64,000 nt of DNA from Actinomycetota bacterium. GTDB lineage: Bacteria > Actinomycetota > UBA4738 > HRBIN12. A program made the translations under genes and the position numbers. Below, piece after piece: positions 19,167-28,411 of the stretch. The notes beneath the pieces are model-generated. The model saw only the letters and a list, made by a program, of their open reading frames with translations. It was not told the DNA's origin and ran no database searches. How positions within the stretch are numbered: the first letter of the stretch is position 1; the number at the start of each line of letters is the position of its first letter. The stretch is from contig DATKDI010000024.1 of NCBI GenBank assembly GCA_035512775.1, positions 18,077-82,076 of the forward strand, in the 5' to 3' direction.

Positions 19167-19637
19167 ATGGAAGCCGCGACGATCTGGAAGTTCCTGCACA
19201 TCGCCTTCATGTTCGTCGCCGTCTCGATCTTCGTCGGCCAGGGGATGCTGTCGGGGGCCGTCGCCCGCTCGGGGAACGTCCGCGCCCTCCGCGGTGTGTT
19301 GGCGGCGGAGGACCGGTTCGCCCCGATCGGCGGCGCGATGTTCCTCCTCGGCGTCGTCTTCGGGTTCCTCACGGCGATCACCGGTGACTTCGACCTGACG
19401 CAGACGTGGTTGTTGATCGCCTACGCGCTCACGCTGTTCATCCTCGTGAACGGCGTCACGTACCACCGCTCGCAGGCCGAGAAGCTGAAGGCCGCCGCTG
19501 CCGCGAGCCCGGACGACCAGCCCTCCGACGAGCTCCGCGCGATCGCCGGGGCCCCGAGTGTCGCGGTGATGAACACGATCGACGGGCTCGCGTGGCTCGC
19601 GGTCATCTACGTGATGGTGGCGAAGCCCTTCAGCTAG
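19167..19637 (+). CDS. Integral membrane protein (DUF2269-like).
   Basis: Four predicted TM helices. 156 aa. Confidence 0.5.
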   Translation: MEAATIWKFLHIAFMFVAVSIFVGQGMLSGAVARSGNVRALRGVLAAEDRFAPIGGAMFLLGVVFGFLTAITGDFDLTQTWLLIAYALTLFILVNGVTYHRSQAEKLKAAAAASPDDQPSDELRAIAGAPSVAVMNTIDGLAWLAVIYVMVAKPFS

Positions 19638-19655
19638 CGGGACATCCCTCCTTCT

Positions 19656-20207
19656 ATGGCGAAGCTGATCTACTCGGGGATCATGTCGCTCGACGGCTAC
19701 ATCGCGGACGAGAACGGCAACTTCGATTGGGCCGAGCCGGACGAGGAGGTGCATGCCTTCGTCAACGACCTCGAGCGGCCGATCGGCACCTACCTCTACG
19801 GACGTCGGATGTACGACGTGATGGTCGCGTGGGAGTCCATCGAGGACGAGCAGCCTTCCATCAAGGACTACGCGGAGATCTGGCGGGCTGCCGACAAGAT
19901 CGTCTACTCCCGGAGACTGGAGAAGGCCTCCAGCGCGAGGACGCGCCTCGAACGAACCTTCGACCCCGACGCGATCCGGGAGATGAAGGCCGCGGCGGAA
20001 CGCGACATCAGCGTGGGTGGTCCCGAACTCGCGGCGCAGGCGATCCGGGCGAGCCTGGTCGACGAGATCCATCTGTACCTCTCGCCCATCGTGGTGGGAG
20101 GCGGCACGAAGGCGCTTCCGGACGAGGTCCGCGTAGAGCTCGAGCTCCTGGCCGAACACCGATTCCGCGATGGCGTCGTGTACCTCCGGTACGGCACCAA
20201 GAACTAA
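19656..20207 (+). CDS. Dihydrofolate-reductase-family / RibD C-terminal-domain protein.
   Basis: MAKLIYSGIMSLDGYIADENG...RRMYDVM...VGGPELAAQAIRASLVDEIHLYLSPIVVGGG, typical of YwjB/RibD_C-like reductases. Confidence 0.7.
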   Translation: MAKLIYSGIMSLDGYIADENGNFDWAEPDEEVHAFVNDLERPIGTYLYGRRMYDVMVAWESIEDEQPSIKDYAEIWRAADKIVYSRRLEKASSARTRLERTFDPDAIREMKAAAERDISVGGPELAAQAIRASLVDEIHLYLSPIVVGGGTKALPDEVRVELELLAEHRFRDGVVYLRYGTKN

Positions 20208-20279
20208 CGGTGATCAGAGGACAGGCTCCATCTGTTCCTGCCGCCTCCATCCCTACACTTCCTCCGCCACCCCCGATGC

Positions 20280-21332
20280 CTAGCTGACCTCCGCTCTGCG
20301 AAAACGGACCGGAAGGCAACGTCGTTCCACGGTGATGACGACTTTTCCTTGCACCTGCCCTGTTTCCAGGTAGCGGATCGCCTCCGGAACCTCGCTCAAG
20401 GGGAAGGTCCTGTCGATGACCGGAGTGATCTTCCCGGCTTCGATGAGCTCCTTCAGGACGACCAAGCGGTCGCCCGGATCCTTGGCGCCGCGGAAGGGAT
20501 GCAGCTGGCTCACGAACGGGGCGATCACCATCAGCTTGAAGAATCGACCCAGGCTTCCGACCCAACGATGGCCCGAGCCTCCGTACTGATCGTGCCCGAT
20601 CAAGACGTAGATCCCCTCAGGAGTGAGCGCGCGCTTGAGGTCCGACCACGGATGGTTCCCCGCGATGTCGAGGACGAGGTCGTAGCGCTCGGCGCTCCGA
20701 GTGAAATCTTCCTGCGTGTAGTCCAGGACCCGGTTCGCGCCGATAGATCGGAGCATGTCGAGCTTCCCGGGGCTGTCCACTGCGGTCACGTCCGCTCCGT
20801 ACGCCTTGGCGAGCTGCACGGCGGTGGTCCCCACACCTCCACCCGCTCCGTTGATCAAGACCTTCTGTCCCGACTGGACCCGTCCCTCATCGCGGATGCC
20901 CTGGACCGCGATCTGACCCGAGGTGAGGACGGCCGCGGCCTGTTCGAACGTGAGGTTGGCCGGTTTCCGCTCGAGCCCAGCTTCGGGAACGGCCGCGTAC
21001 TCGGCATAGGTGCCACCGTTGCGCCAAAGGTTGGCCCCGATGCTCGGTCCGAACACCTCGTCCCCCGGTCGGAAGCGCATCACGTTCCGGCCCACCGACT
21101 CGACGGATCCCGCCAGATCGGTACCCGGGACGGCGTTCTTCGGTCTGCGCGATCCGGATCCCATGATGCGGAGCACGTAGGGCACCCCTCGCAGGGCGTG
21201 CCACACATCAGGATGGACCGAGGTCGCGCGGACCCGGACCAGCACCTCGTCATCTCCGGCGGTCGGCCTGTCGATCTCTCGGAGCTCGAGGACGTCGGGC
21301 GAGCCGTACCGCTCCTGGACGATCGCCTTCAT
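20280..21332 (-). CDS. Zinc-type alcohol dehydrogenase / NAD(P)H quinone-oxidoreductase (MDR family), intact.
   Basis: MKAIVQERYGSPDVLEL... with the cofactor motif LINGAGGGVGTTAVQLAK. The ATG overlaps the upstream methyltransferase stop (ATGA at 21329-21332). Confidence 0.75.
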   Translation of the reverse strand: MKAIVQERYGSPDVLELREIDRPTAGDDEVLVRVRATSVHPDVWHALRGVPYVLRIMGSGSRRPKNAVPGTDLAGSVESVGRNVMRFRPGDEVFGPSIGANLWRNGGTYAEYAAVPEAGLERKPANLTFEQAAAVLTSGQIAVQGIRDEGRVQSGQKVLINGAGGGVGTTAVQLAKAYGADVTAVDSPGKLDMLRSIGANRVLDYTQEDFTRSAERYDLVLDIAGNHPWSDLKRALTPEGIYVLIGHDQYGGSGHRWVGSLGRFFKLMVIAPFVSQLHPFRGAKDPGDRLVVLKELIEAGKITPVIDRTFPLSEVPEAIRYLETGQVQGKVVITVERRCLPVRFRRAEVS

Positions 21333-22057
21333 CGTCCGTAGACCGACACGACGTTGCCCGTCGAGGTGAACGGCTCCCGGTTCCAGCCGTCCCAACGCTC
21401 CTTCAGACGCAGCCCGGCGATCCGCGCCATCAGGTCGAGCTCGCTCGGCCACGTGTATCGCTGCACGATCGGGAAGAGCCGTACGCCCTCGTTGGTCAAG
21501 CGAACGTGAGTCTCCTCGTGCCGCTGAGCCACCGGGTCGTGTCGACCGACATCGAACCAGACCTCATCGACGCCGATGGACTCCGCATGGACGTATCGGT
21601 CGTCGTACACGCGGTAGAGGAAGTTCGGGACGCCGGCCTCCACGAGGAACGATCCGTCGTCGGTGAGATGGGCGGCGACGCTCTCGAAGCAGCGCACCTG
21701 GTCCTCCTGGGTGAGCAGGTTGTGGAACGTGTTGTACACCACGTAGATCAACCGGTACTCGCCCGAGGCCGGCACATCGGCGAAGTCGCCCATCGTGACC
21801 GAGATCTGGTCACCACCCGGCTTCTCGCGCAGCCTGGCCACCATCGCGGGTGAGATGTCGATGCCGTCGACGCGGATCCCCCGCGCGGCGAGAGGCAGCG
21901 CGATCCGACCGGTGCCGATCGCGAGCTCGAGAGCGGGGCCACCGCCTGCGAGTTGCTCCAGGAATGAGACGGCCGCCTCCTCATCTCCCCGTGGCTCGTC
22001 GTCGTAGCTCTCGGCGGTCTCCTCGCCGAAGCTCATAGCCGGATCGTAGTTCTCCAT
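21329..22057 (-). CDS. Class I SAM-dependent methyltransferase.
   Basis: Motif I LELAIGTGRIALPLA and an overall MT fold. It is co-operonic with the ADH. Confidence 0.75.
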   Translation of the reverse strand: MENYDPAMSFGEETAESYDDEPRGDEEAAVSFLEQLAGGGPALELAIGTGRIALPLAARGIRVDGIDISPAMVARLREKPGGDQISVTMGDFADVPASGEYRLIYVVYNTFHNLLTQEDQVRCFESVAAHLTDDGSFLVEAGVPNFLYRVYDDRYVHAESIGVDEVWFDVGRHDPVAQRHEETHVRLTNEGVRLFPIVQRYTWPSELDLMARIAGLRLKERWDGWNREPFTSTGNVVSVYGR

Positions 22058-22101
22058 GTACCAACCTTATCCACGCGACGGTGCGCATCGGAAGGAGACT
22101 T

Positions 22102-22130
22102 GCGCCGGGGCGAACGTCCAGTGTTTCGAC
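22102..22130 (+). repeat. Intergenic ~28-bp repeat family, diverged copy.
   Basis: gcgccggggcgaacgtccagtgtttcgac, compared with the consensus GCGCCGGGGCGCGTGGACATTTAGCCCC. Confidence 0.4.
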
Positions 22131-22163
22131 ACTTCTCAAGAGCGGTACTGTCGCCGCCCTCAC

Positions 22164-22188
22164 GCGCCGGCGCGTGGATGTGATCGGG
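22164..22188 (+). repeat. Intergenic ~28-bp repeat family, copy.
   Basis: gcgccggcgcgtggatgtgatcggg. Confidence 0.45.
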
Positions 22189-22247
22189 CACACAACAGCC
22201 CAACTCACAGGCTAGGCTTCAGCTACACGAGCGGAAAGGAATCATGC

Positions 22248-23108
22248 ATGAGCGATGTCCCCGGCGGGCCAACGCCGCCGACTCCCCCTCCACCGCCGCC
22301 GATGATGGGCGGACCCCAGGGCGGCATCCCGCCGAAGACGGTGGGCGACATCCTGTCCGCAGCCTTCAACATCTATAAGGCGAACGCGTCGCAGCTGATC
22401 CTGGTCGTCGCGGTCGTGGTCGTCCCGCTGTCGCTGATCGGCGCTCTGTTCTCCGGAGTGGTGTTCGCTCCCGAGCGGATCCGAGTTACCAACACGGGAG
22501 ACGTGGTTGTGTTCGATTACGCTGGGCGTGGCCTCGGTGTCTTCCTCCTCGTTGGGGCGATCGGCGCATTAATCGGGGTGCTCATCTCGGCCATCCTGCA
22601 GGCTGCCATCCTGCGCGCCGCCGCGCAGGCCACGATCGGTGACCCGGTCGATGTCGAGGCGAGCTACCGATACGGGCTCAAGCGGTTGTGGAGCGTGATC
22701 CTTGTGTCGCTTCTGGTGGGCCTGATCGTCGCCGTGGGTTTCGTGCTGCTGGTGATCCCCGGGATCATCTTCCTCGTGTTCCTGTCGGTGTCGATCCCGG
22801 TGCTGATCGTCGAGGGCCGGCGCGGCACCGAGGCGATGGGACGATCGTGGAACCTGGTGAAGGGACACTTCTGGCATGCGCTCGGCGTGATCGTGGTCGC
22901 GGCGTTGATCGTCGGGGTCATCTCCGGGGTCATCGGGGCGATCGGCGGCAACAACTGGGCCGTGCGATGGATCTTCACCACCATCGCACAGATCCTGACG
23001 GTTCCGTTCGCGTCGCTCGTCTCGGTCCTTCTCTACCTGGACCTCCGCGCGCGGAGCGAGACGCTGTCCGCAGAGACCCTGCGGCGGGAGCTAGCTTCGG
23101 GCACCTAA
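22248..23108 (+). CDS. Polytopic membrane protein with a Pro-rich N-terminus.
   Basis: MSDVPGGPTPPTPPPPPPMMGG... followed by about six TM helices. RBS GGAAAGGA. Confidence 0.6.
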   Translation: MSDVPGGPTPPTPPPPPPMMGGPQGGIPPKTVGDILSAAFNIYKANASQLILVVAVVVVPLSLIGALFSGVVFAPERIRVTNTGDVVVFDYAGRGLGVFLLVGAIGALIGVLISAILQAAILRAAAQATIGDPVDVEASYRYGLKRLWSVILVSLLVGLIVAVGFVLLVIPGIIFLVFLSVSIPVLIVEGRRGTEAMGRSWNLVKGHFWHALGVIVVAALIVGVISGVIGAIGGNNWAVRWIFTTIAQILTVPFASLVSVLLYLDLRARSETLSAETLRRELASGT

Positions 23109-23220
23109 CGTTCGGGTGCGGTGTGATGCTCGACCTGCCCGGCAAGGAGCGCCCTCGAAGCCCTTGGCTGACTTGGGGTGAGACAGTCGCTCACCTTCCA
23201 ACACTAGATGCAGGCTCCTG

Positions 23221-23248
23221 GCGCCGGAGCGCGTGTCAAATCAGAGCA
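23221..23248 (+). repeat. Intergenic ~28-bp repeat family, copy A.
   Basis: gcgccggagcgcgtgtcaaatcagagca. Confidence 0.5.
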
Positions 23249-23283
23249 TGTGAGGCAACGGACGCCACCGGTGTAAACGCCGG

Positions 23284-23547
23284 GTGACTCTAACGTCGGG
23301 GGCTCGGCTTCGCGGCCTCAGGCCCCTGGCATCCGGGCGAGTGAAGCGACTCTGGGATGCGCGAGTGTTCGGACATACTGAAGGTCATGACCATGGGGCG
23401 CTCGAGGCGTTCGGTGGCTCACCGGGCGTCCTCGAGAGGTTGATCCGCCGAGAGGACCTCTCTGGTGAAGAGGCGGCCGCGGCGCTGTTGCGCTCGCTCA
23501 GGTTCGAGAAGGTGACGGTGGTGTTCGAGCGGCCACCGGCGACGTGA
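23284..23547 (+). CDS. Small hypothetical protein (87 aa).
   Basis: Its stop overlaps the GTG start of the downstream phosphotransferase gene (acGTGAac). No domain was recognised. Confidence 0.35.
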   Translation: MTLTSGARLRGLRPLASGRVKRLWDARVFGHTEGHDHGALEAFGGSPGVLERLIRREDLSGEEAAAALLRSLRFEKVTVVFERPPAT

Positions 23548-24389
23548 ACCGCGCACGGCTGCGCGAACTGGGCTTCGAACTCGGCGCTCGCGCCGAGGGC
23601 GGTGTATCCGACGACGGTGCGTGGTTCGCGACGGCGCCGGACGGCGCGCCGGTGGTGCTCAAGTGGTTCCCGGACGAGACCGTCGCCGAGCGCTATGCGG
23701 TCCTGCTCCCCGGCCTCGACGAGCTCCGATCACGCGGCGTCCCGGTACCGGAGTACCCGCACGTCCTCGCCGTCGACGGCTGGACGCTGTCGGCGCAGCA
23801 GGTCCTGCCGGGTGCGTCGGTACGCAACCCGTCACGGGCGGTGGTGGAGCAGGTGGTCGAGTGCGTCGCCGCCATGGCCGGTGTCGCCTGTCCGCTGCCG
23901 GCGCCGGACCTGCGCCCATGGGGTGCGTCCGTCGTGCACACGCTCACCGTCGGCGTGGACGGGTGGGCGATGCACGAACCGCTGCGCACCGGGGGTCGTC
24001 GCAGCGCGGCGGTGCTCGACCGAGTGGAGGCCGTCGGCGCCGACGCCGACCCGGCGTGGTTCCCGACCGACGGGCTCGTGCACCTGGACCTGCACACCGA
24101 CAACATCCTCGCCGGCGACGACGGCACCCTCACCGGGATCATCGACTGGGAGGGCGCGTGCGCCGGCGATCCCCGCTTCGATCTCGTCAGGTTCGCGTAC
24201 GACCTCGACGGGCACGATCAACCGGTCTGGGACGTCGTTGAGGCCACCGGCATCGAGCGGCGCGTGCTTCGAGCCTACGTCGCCCACCACGCGCTGCGGT
24301 GCACGTCCTGGCAGATCCACCACCACACCGATGACGTGCCCCGCCAGCTCGACCGCGCCGAGCGCGTCCTCGATCGGTACGAGGCCTAG
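23544..24389 (+). CDS. Aminoglycoside/small-molecule phosphotransferase (APH-like kinase fold).
   Basis: Catalytic-loop motif HLDLHTDNIL and IDWEGACAGDPRFD. Confidence 0.75.
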   Translation: MNRARLRELGFELGARAEGGVSDDGAWFATAPDGAPVVLKWFPDETVAERYAVLLPGLDELRSRGVPVPEYPHVLAVDGWTLSAQQVLPGASVRNPSRAVVEQVVECVAAMAGVACPLPAPDLRPWGASVVHTLTVGVDGWAMHEPLRTGGRRSAAVLDRVEAVGADADPAWFPTDGLVHLDLHTDNILAGDDGTLTGIIDWEGACAGDPRFDLVRFAYDLDGHDQPVWDVVEATGIERRVLRAYVAHHALRCTSWQIHHHTDDVPRQLDRAERVLDRYEA

Positions 24390-24411
24390 GAGACGGCGGC
24401 CGTGGCCGAAC

Positions 24412-24439
24412 GCGCCGGGGCGCGTGCACGTTATCAACC
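24412..24439 (+). repeat. Intergenic ~28-bp repeat family, copy B.
   Basis: gcgccggggcgcgtgcacgttatcaacc. Confidence 0.55.
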
Positions 24440-24531
24440 GTAAGGGCGGTGCTCCAGAGGAGGGCAGACGCAGTCACGGCCCCGACCAAAGGGACACTCC
24501 GACGGCACGAATCCCCGCCCGTGTAGGTTCG

Positions 24532-25009
24532 ATGGCGATGGGGGCGAAGGCTAGGGCCGCGATCGAGGACGGGAATCGCGTGGCGGTGGATCGGCTGCGG
24601 GCATTTGGCGCGCTCTCGGATGAGGAGCTCACCCGGGTGATCGATGCGCCGTGGAGCGCCGCCGCACTATTCGCACATATGGCGTTCTGGGATCGCTTCG
24701 TTCGTCGCCAGGTGGCTGCTCGCCGCCACCACCGGGAGTCGTACACCTCTTCCGATCGACAACGCTGTTCAGGAACTCGTTCAGGCACTGGTCAATGATG
24801 CGTCCCAGCAACAATGGGCCGTCATGCCACCCCGGACCGCCTTCCAGGATTGCCTCGCGGCGGCTGCTGAGATCGATTCCCTGATCGCGTCGCTCGGAGC
24901 GGATGTCGTCTCGGAAGTAATGCGGGCGGGGCGAGAGCGTCTGGTGGACCGTTCGCTCCACCGAGATGAACACCTCAACACACTCGAGACTGCGTTCCCC
25001 CTCTCATAA
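24532..25009 (+). pseudogene. DinB/DUF664-like protein disrupted by a 4-bp tandem duplication.
   Basis: The N-terminal frame (..DEELTRVIDAPWSAAALFAHMAFWDRFV) and the C-terminal frame (ARWLLAATTGS...SLHRDEHLNTLETAF) are joined by removing one ttcg from cTTCGTTCGtcgcc at about 24694-24701. Confidence 0.5.
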
Positions 25010-25064
25010 CGCCTGAGTGGCAACGCCTTAATCGCAGATCCGGTAACCCGCTTCGCGGCGGCGG

Positions 25065-25094
25065 CCGCCGGGGCGCGTGGCCAATTTAGCCTCC
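25065..25094 (+). repeat. Intergenic ~28-bp repeat family, copy C.
   Basis: ccgccggggcgcgtggccaatttagcctcc. Confidence 0.55.
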
Positions 25095-25115
25095 GATAGG
25101 CGTCCACTGACGGTC

Positions 25116-25574
25116 GGTAGTGGGTCAGTTTGAATCTGAGGGGTGATCCTGGGCGTCAGTTTCGAGGAGGTCGCTGGCGCCGGCGACGGTGAGCACCCGG
25201 TGCGCGGCGCGCGACGGGTTGCGGAGGACTAGTGAGCCGCCGTTCTTTGTGAGTCGACCGCGCGCTTGGACAAGCACGTGCAGGCTCGACGAGTCCATGA
25301 AATCGACCTCGGAGAGGTCCAAAACGATGGTCTGCTTGGGACCCATGTGGGGTTCGATGGCGTCTCGCAGCCGTCCCGCGGTCGCCATGTCGATCTCGCC
25401 GCGGACGTGGATGACCGTCGCCTCGTCCGTTGCGTTGACCTCGGTCGAGAAGTCTTCGGCCATCAACCGGAATTTAGTGGCCCTATCGGGCGGGTGGCAA
25501 TTCTCCGTCGGTCCCGGGTGGTGTCTCAGCTCAAGCACGTCAACGGGGGGACTCATTCAAACTGACCCACTACC
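25116..25574. mobile_element. MITE-like mini-element, copy 1. A 459-bp unit carries a STAS-domain gene and is bounded by perfect 19-bp terminal inverted repeats (GGTAGTGGGTCAGTTTGAA / TTCAAACTGACCCACTACC). An 8-bp direct repeat TGACGGTC lies immediately outside both ends.
   Basis: The inverted repeats and flanking direct repeats were read directly from the sequence. A second copy lies at 28412-28866. Confidence 0.45.
25125..25463 (-). CDS. STAS-domain anti-sigma-factor antagonist (SpoIIAA-like).
   Basis: MAEDFSTEVNATDEATVIHVRGEIDMATAGRLRDAI...IVLDLSEVDFMDSSSLHVLV, a canonical STAS fold with the conserved phosphorylatable Ser region. Confidence 0.8.
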   Translation of the reverse strand: MAEDFSTEVNATDEATVIHVRGEIDMATAGRLRDAIEPHMGPKQTIVLDLSEVDFMDSSSLHVLVQARGRLTKNGGSLVLRNPSRAAHRVLTVAGASDLLETDAQDHPSDSN

Positions 25575-25808
25575 TGACGGTCGGGGAGGAAGGCACGCTA
25601 TCGTCCGGACATGCCCACCGACGACCACGCCCTCGTGAACAGAGCCACCTGGGACGAGGACGCGCGAAACTGGGATCCAGCGAGGACGAGCCAGCCCTAC
25701 GTTCCGCTGGAATGGGCGAGGCGATGGCCGAGCGCGGAGGCGTGGAAGGTGCGCAAGCTCCGCTAGCTGGTCCTGGCCCTGGTCGTGCATGTGCAACTGG
25801 CGGCCGAT

Positions 25809-25836
25809 CACGCCGGGGCGCTTGGACTTATTCGCC
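25809..25836 (+). repeat. Intergenic ~28-bp repeat family, copy M.
   Basis: cacgccggggcgcttggacttattcgcc. Confidence 0.5.
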
Positions 25837-25860
25837 ACACCCCAGGACTTGGGCTCCAGG

Positions 25861-26781
25861 CTACAGGGTGCTAGACGCGCTCCGCTCGGGCTCGCTCTCG
25901 GGCACGCGAACGAGGTCCCCCGATCGCGATTCCCCGAGCGTCAGCTCGGCCGTTACCGCGAGCCCCAGGTGCAGGGCCAGCGACGAGAGGAAGGACCACA
26001 GAAGGAGCGCGATGACCGAGAGCAACGACCCGTAGGCGGCGTTGCCGCTCAGTGAGAAGTACAGACCGAGAGCGAGGCTGAACAGGAACCAAAGCGCGAC
26101 CGATGCCGCCGTCCCCGCGGCGAGCGCCGCGCGAGAACCAATGCGTTCTCGCGGCGCCGTTCGAAACAGGAGGTAGATGCCGACAGCGGCCACCGCGACC
26201 CCAAGGGGCCAGCGCACTATGGTCCAGACCGTCAGCGCCGCACCCCCCCAGCCGAGGCCCTCGGAGATCGCCCGGCCGCCGGCGAGCGCGAGCCCCCCGG
26301 CTGCCAGGAGCACCCCCGCGGACAACGAGAGAACGAACGCGACGCCGTAGCGCTTCCCGAATGGTCGATCCTCGGTCCTACCGGCGAGGCGGTTGGCGGA
26401 TCGCTCGACCTGCGCCATCGCCAGCGTGCCCGCTAGCAACGCCGCCAGCAGCCCGAGGACCATCGCGGTCGTCCCTCCGTTGGCGCCCTGACGTGCCGCC
26501 TCTCGAAGCAGCTGGCCCGACGGACCAGGAGAAAGCGTGTCGGCCATCTGCTCGACGATGCCTCGGATCCGCGGCAGATCGAACGCGCTGGCCAGGCCCA
26601 CCAGCCCAATGAAGCCGGAGAGCAGCACGAACATCGACTGGTATGCGAGCGCCCGTACGTGACTCGAGCCGTCGGTCTCCCGGAACCGCTTCAGGGAGAA
26701 TCTCGCGATCTCACCCCCGCCCCGCCGGCGGACCGGTCGCCACGCCGCGCCGAAGCCCCGCTCCTTCCCGGGCGTGTCCAT
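25861..26781 (-). CDS. YihY/BrkB-family membrane protein.
   Basis: HVRALAYQSMFVLLSGFIGLVGL... and six TM helices, typical of the YihY family. Confidence 0.7.
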   Translation of the reverse strand: MDTPGKERGFGAAWRPVRRRGGGEIARFSLKRFRETDGSSHVRALAYQSMFVLLSGFIGLVGLASAFDLPRIRGIVEQMADTLSPGPSGQLLREAARQGANGGTTAMVLGLLAALLAGTLAMAQVERSANRLAGRTEDRPFGKRYGVAFVLSLSAGVLLAAGGLALAGGRAISEGLGWGGAALTVWTIVRWPLGVAVAAVGIYLLFRTAPRERIGSRAALAAGTAASVALWFLFSLALGLYFSLSGNAAYGSLLSVIALLLWSFLSSLALHLGLAVTAELTLGESRSGDLVRVPESEPERSASSTL

Positions 26782-26975
26782 CAGCCGCCGTCGACCATCT
26801 GCGTATCCCTATCGGTCATCCAGTCCTCTTGGAGTCAGTCTCCTTCGAGATATTCCCCTCGTCGAATTGGCAAGAGCAAGCCTACGTGGGCAATGGCCCC
26901 ACGTGCCCCGGGAGGACGTCGGCAATGGAGCCTAGAGGGGGTCAGCGGCTGCGTGGCCTCGTCGCGTGGGCTCCA

Positions 26976-27003
26976 GCGCTGGGACGCGTGGACATTTAGC
27001 CCC
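26976..27003 (+). repeat. Intergenic ~28-bp repeat family, copy N (near-consensus).
   Basis: gcgctgggacgcgtggacatttagcccc. Confidence 0.6.
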
Positions 27004-27031
27004 CCGGCAGGCCCATCCGCCTGGCCTCCGG

Positions 27032-27511
27032 TCAGACAGGAGTGAACGTTACGGTGATCTCAGCGGCGGTGGGCCGGCCGGACGCGTTGCGAACGTGGAG
27101 TGTCCACCCGCCTCCGCGCTGAGCTTCGAGGGCCGGGAACTCCTGGAGGCAAACGATCTGATCGGTCTCCTCGACACAGCCCTCGTCCGTGGTACTGCTT
27201 CTCACTAGATCGAGCCGCTGTCCGTAGGGCGCGAGGAACCAGAGGCTCAGCCTGGCCGAAGGCTTCACCACGAGCCGAACCTCGAACGTGTGGGTCGGCG
27301 GATCGAGCGCCTCCACCAGGTATGCCTGATGCTCTCGGGCATCTAACGCCAGCGTTCGGGTCATGCCGTTCGGCTGCTCGGGAACTCCGGGCACGGAGGA
27401 CTCAGAGACCGTCGGAGAGTGAACGACCTCAGTCCCGGTGCAGGACGTTGCTGCGATGATCGCGACCCAAGCACCAAGTACCCGGTATCGAGTCCTGGGT
27501 TCGAGGAACAC
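27032..27511 (-). CDS. Putative lipoprotein / secreted hypothetical protein.
   Basis: Signal peptide with a lipobox-like AATSCTG. 159 aa. Confidence 0.5.
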   Translation of the reverse strand: MFLEPRTRYRVLGAWVAIIAATSCTGTEVVHSPTVSESSVPGVPEQPNGMTRTLALDAREHQAYLVEALDPPTHTFEVRLVVKPSARLSLWFLAPYGQRLDLVRSSTTDEGCVEETDQIVCLQEFPALEAQRGGGWTLHVRNASGRPTAAEITVTFTPV

Positions 27512-27571
27512 GCTCCGTAACCTCTCCCGTTGGAGGGTAGTCGCGTTCTGATACGCGAGGGCGGCCCTCGG

Positions 27572-27599
27572 GTGCCGGGGCGCGTGGCCTTTACACCTA
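27572..27599 (+). repeat. Intergenic ~28-bp repeat family, copy D.
   Basis: gtgccggggcgcgtggcctttacaccta. Confidence 0.55.
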
Positions 27600-27665
27600 G
27601 GCTAGAGGTATCGCGCTGAGCGATCCTCAGGCCTCCTGGCTCGACCTTCCGCCGAGTACCGGCCT

Positions 27666-28232
27666 CTACAGCTTCACCTGATCCCGCCCAGCGCCGGCGC
27701 CCGAAACCTCTTGTGAGACGGATGGCCGTTGGACCCTTCGTATCTCACCCAACCCGACGATGACGAGCCCGACTGCAATGAGGAGCACCGACACTTGGAA
27801 CGCGACGCGAAGGCCGTCGCTCAGCTCGGGAGCGTCTTCCATACCGACCCTCGCGCCAAGGACATATGTCGCGAGGAGCACCACGGAGCCTGCCGTCGCG
27901 ACGACGGCCCCAATCCTGTCTCGTCCGGCCAACACGAGACCGATCACGAAGATCCCGAAGCCCACAGGAATCAGCGGGAAAACGGCAAGCAGCCCGGCAA
28001 TCGCCACCGCAGCCCCCGCCCTGGTCACCCAAGAGCCGACGATCGGTTGTGTGACGTAGCGTGCCGTCAGGACGAGTCCGATCGAGAGCAGCACCATCGA
28101 CATGCCGTGCACCGCGAGCGCCACGGGCCAGGGGATGGCGTCATTGACGGATGTAGGAGCGGCGCCCCAGAAGATCAAGAACGCGAATGACCCCAGGACA
28201 AGGGACCACCCACCAATCCCGTATCCCTTCAT
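27666..28232 (-). CDS. Polytopic membrane protein (hypothetical).
   Basis: About six TM helices. 188 aa. Confidence 0.5.
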   Translation of the reverse strand: MKGYGIGGWSLVLGSFAFLIFWGAAPTSVNDAIPWPVALAVHGMSMVLLSIGLVLTARYVTQPIVGSWVTRAGAAVAIAGLLAVFPLIPVGFGIFVIGLVLAGRDRIGAVVATAGSVVLLATYVLGARVGMEDAPELSDGLRVAFQVSVLLIAVGLVIVGLGEIRRVQRPSVSQEVSGAGAGRDQVKL

Positions 28233-28346
28233 CCGGCGAGCGTAGCAGTACGACGTTCCGTAACTTCAGAGCGGCGCATTGAGGCGCCTCGCTACCGCGG
28301 ACCTTGCCGACGATAATCCGGTCCGGCCGCGTCGCGGGCCCCGCAC

Positions 28347-28374
28347 GCGCCGGAGCGCGTGACCCATTACAACT
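28347..28374 (+). repeat. Intergenic ~28-bp repeat family, copy E.
   Basis: gcgccggagcgcgtgacccattacaact. Confidence 0.5.
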
Positions 28375-28411
28375 TATTCAGCCGCGCCCCCGCAAGCCCG
28401 ACAGCTCCGTC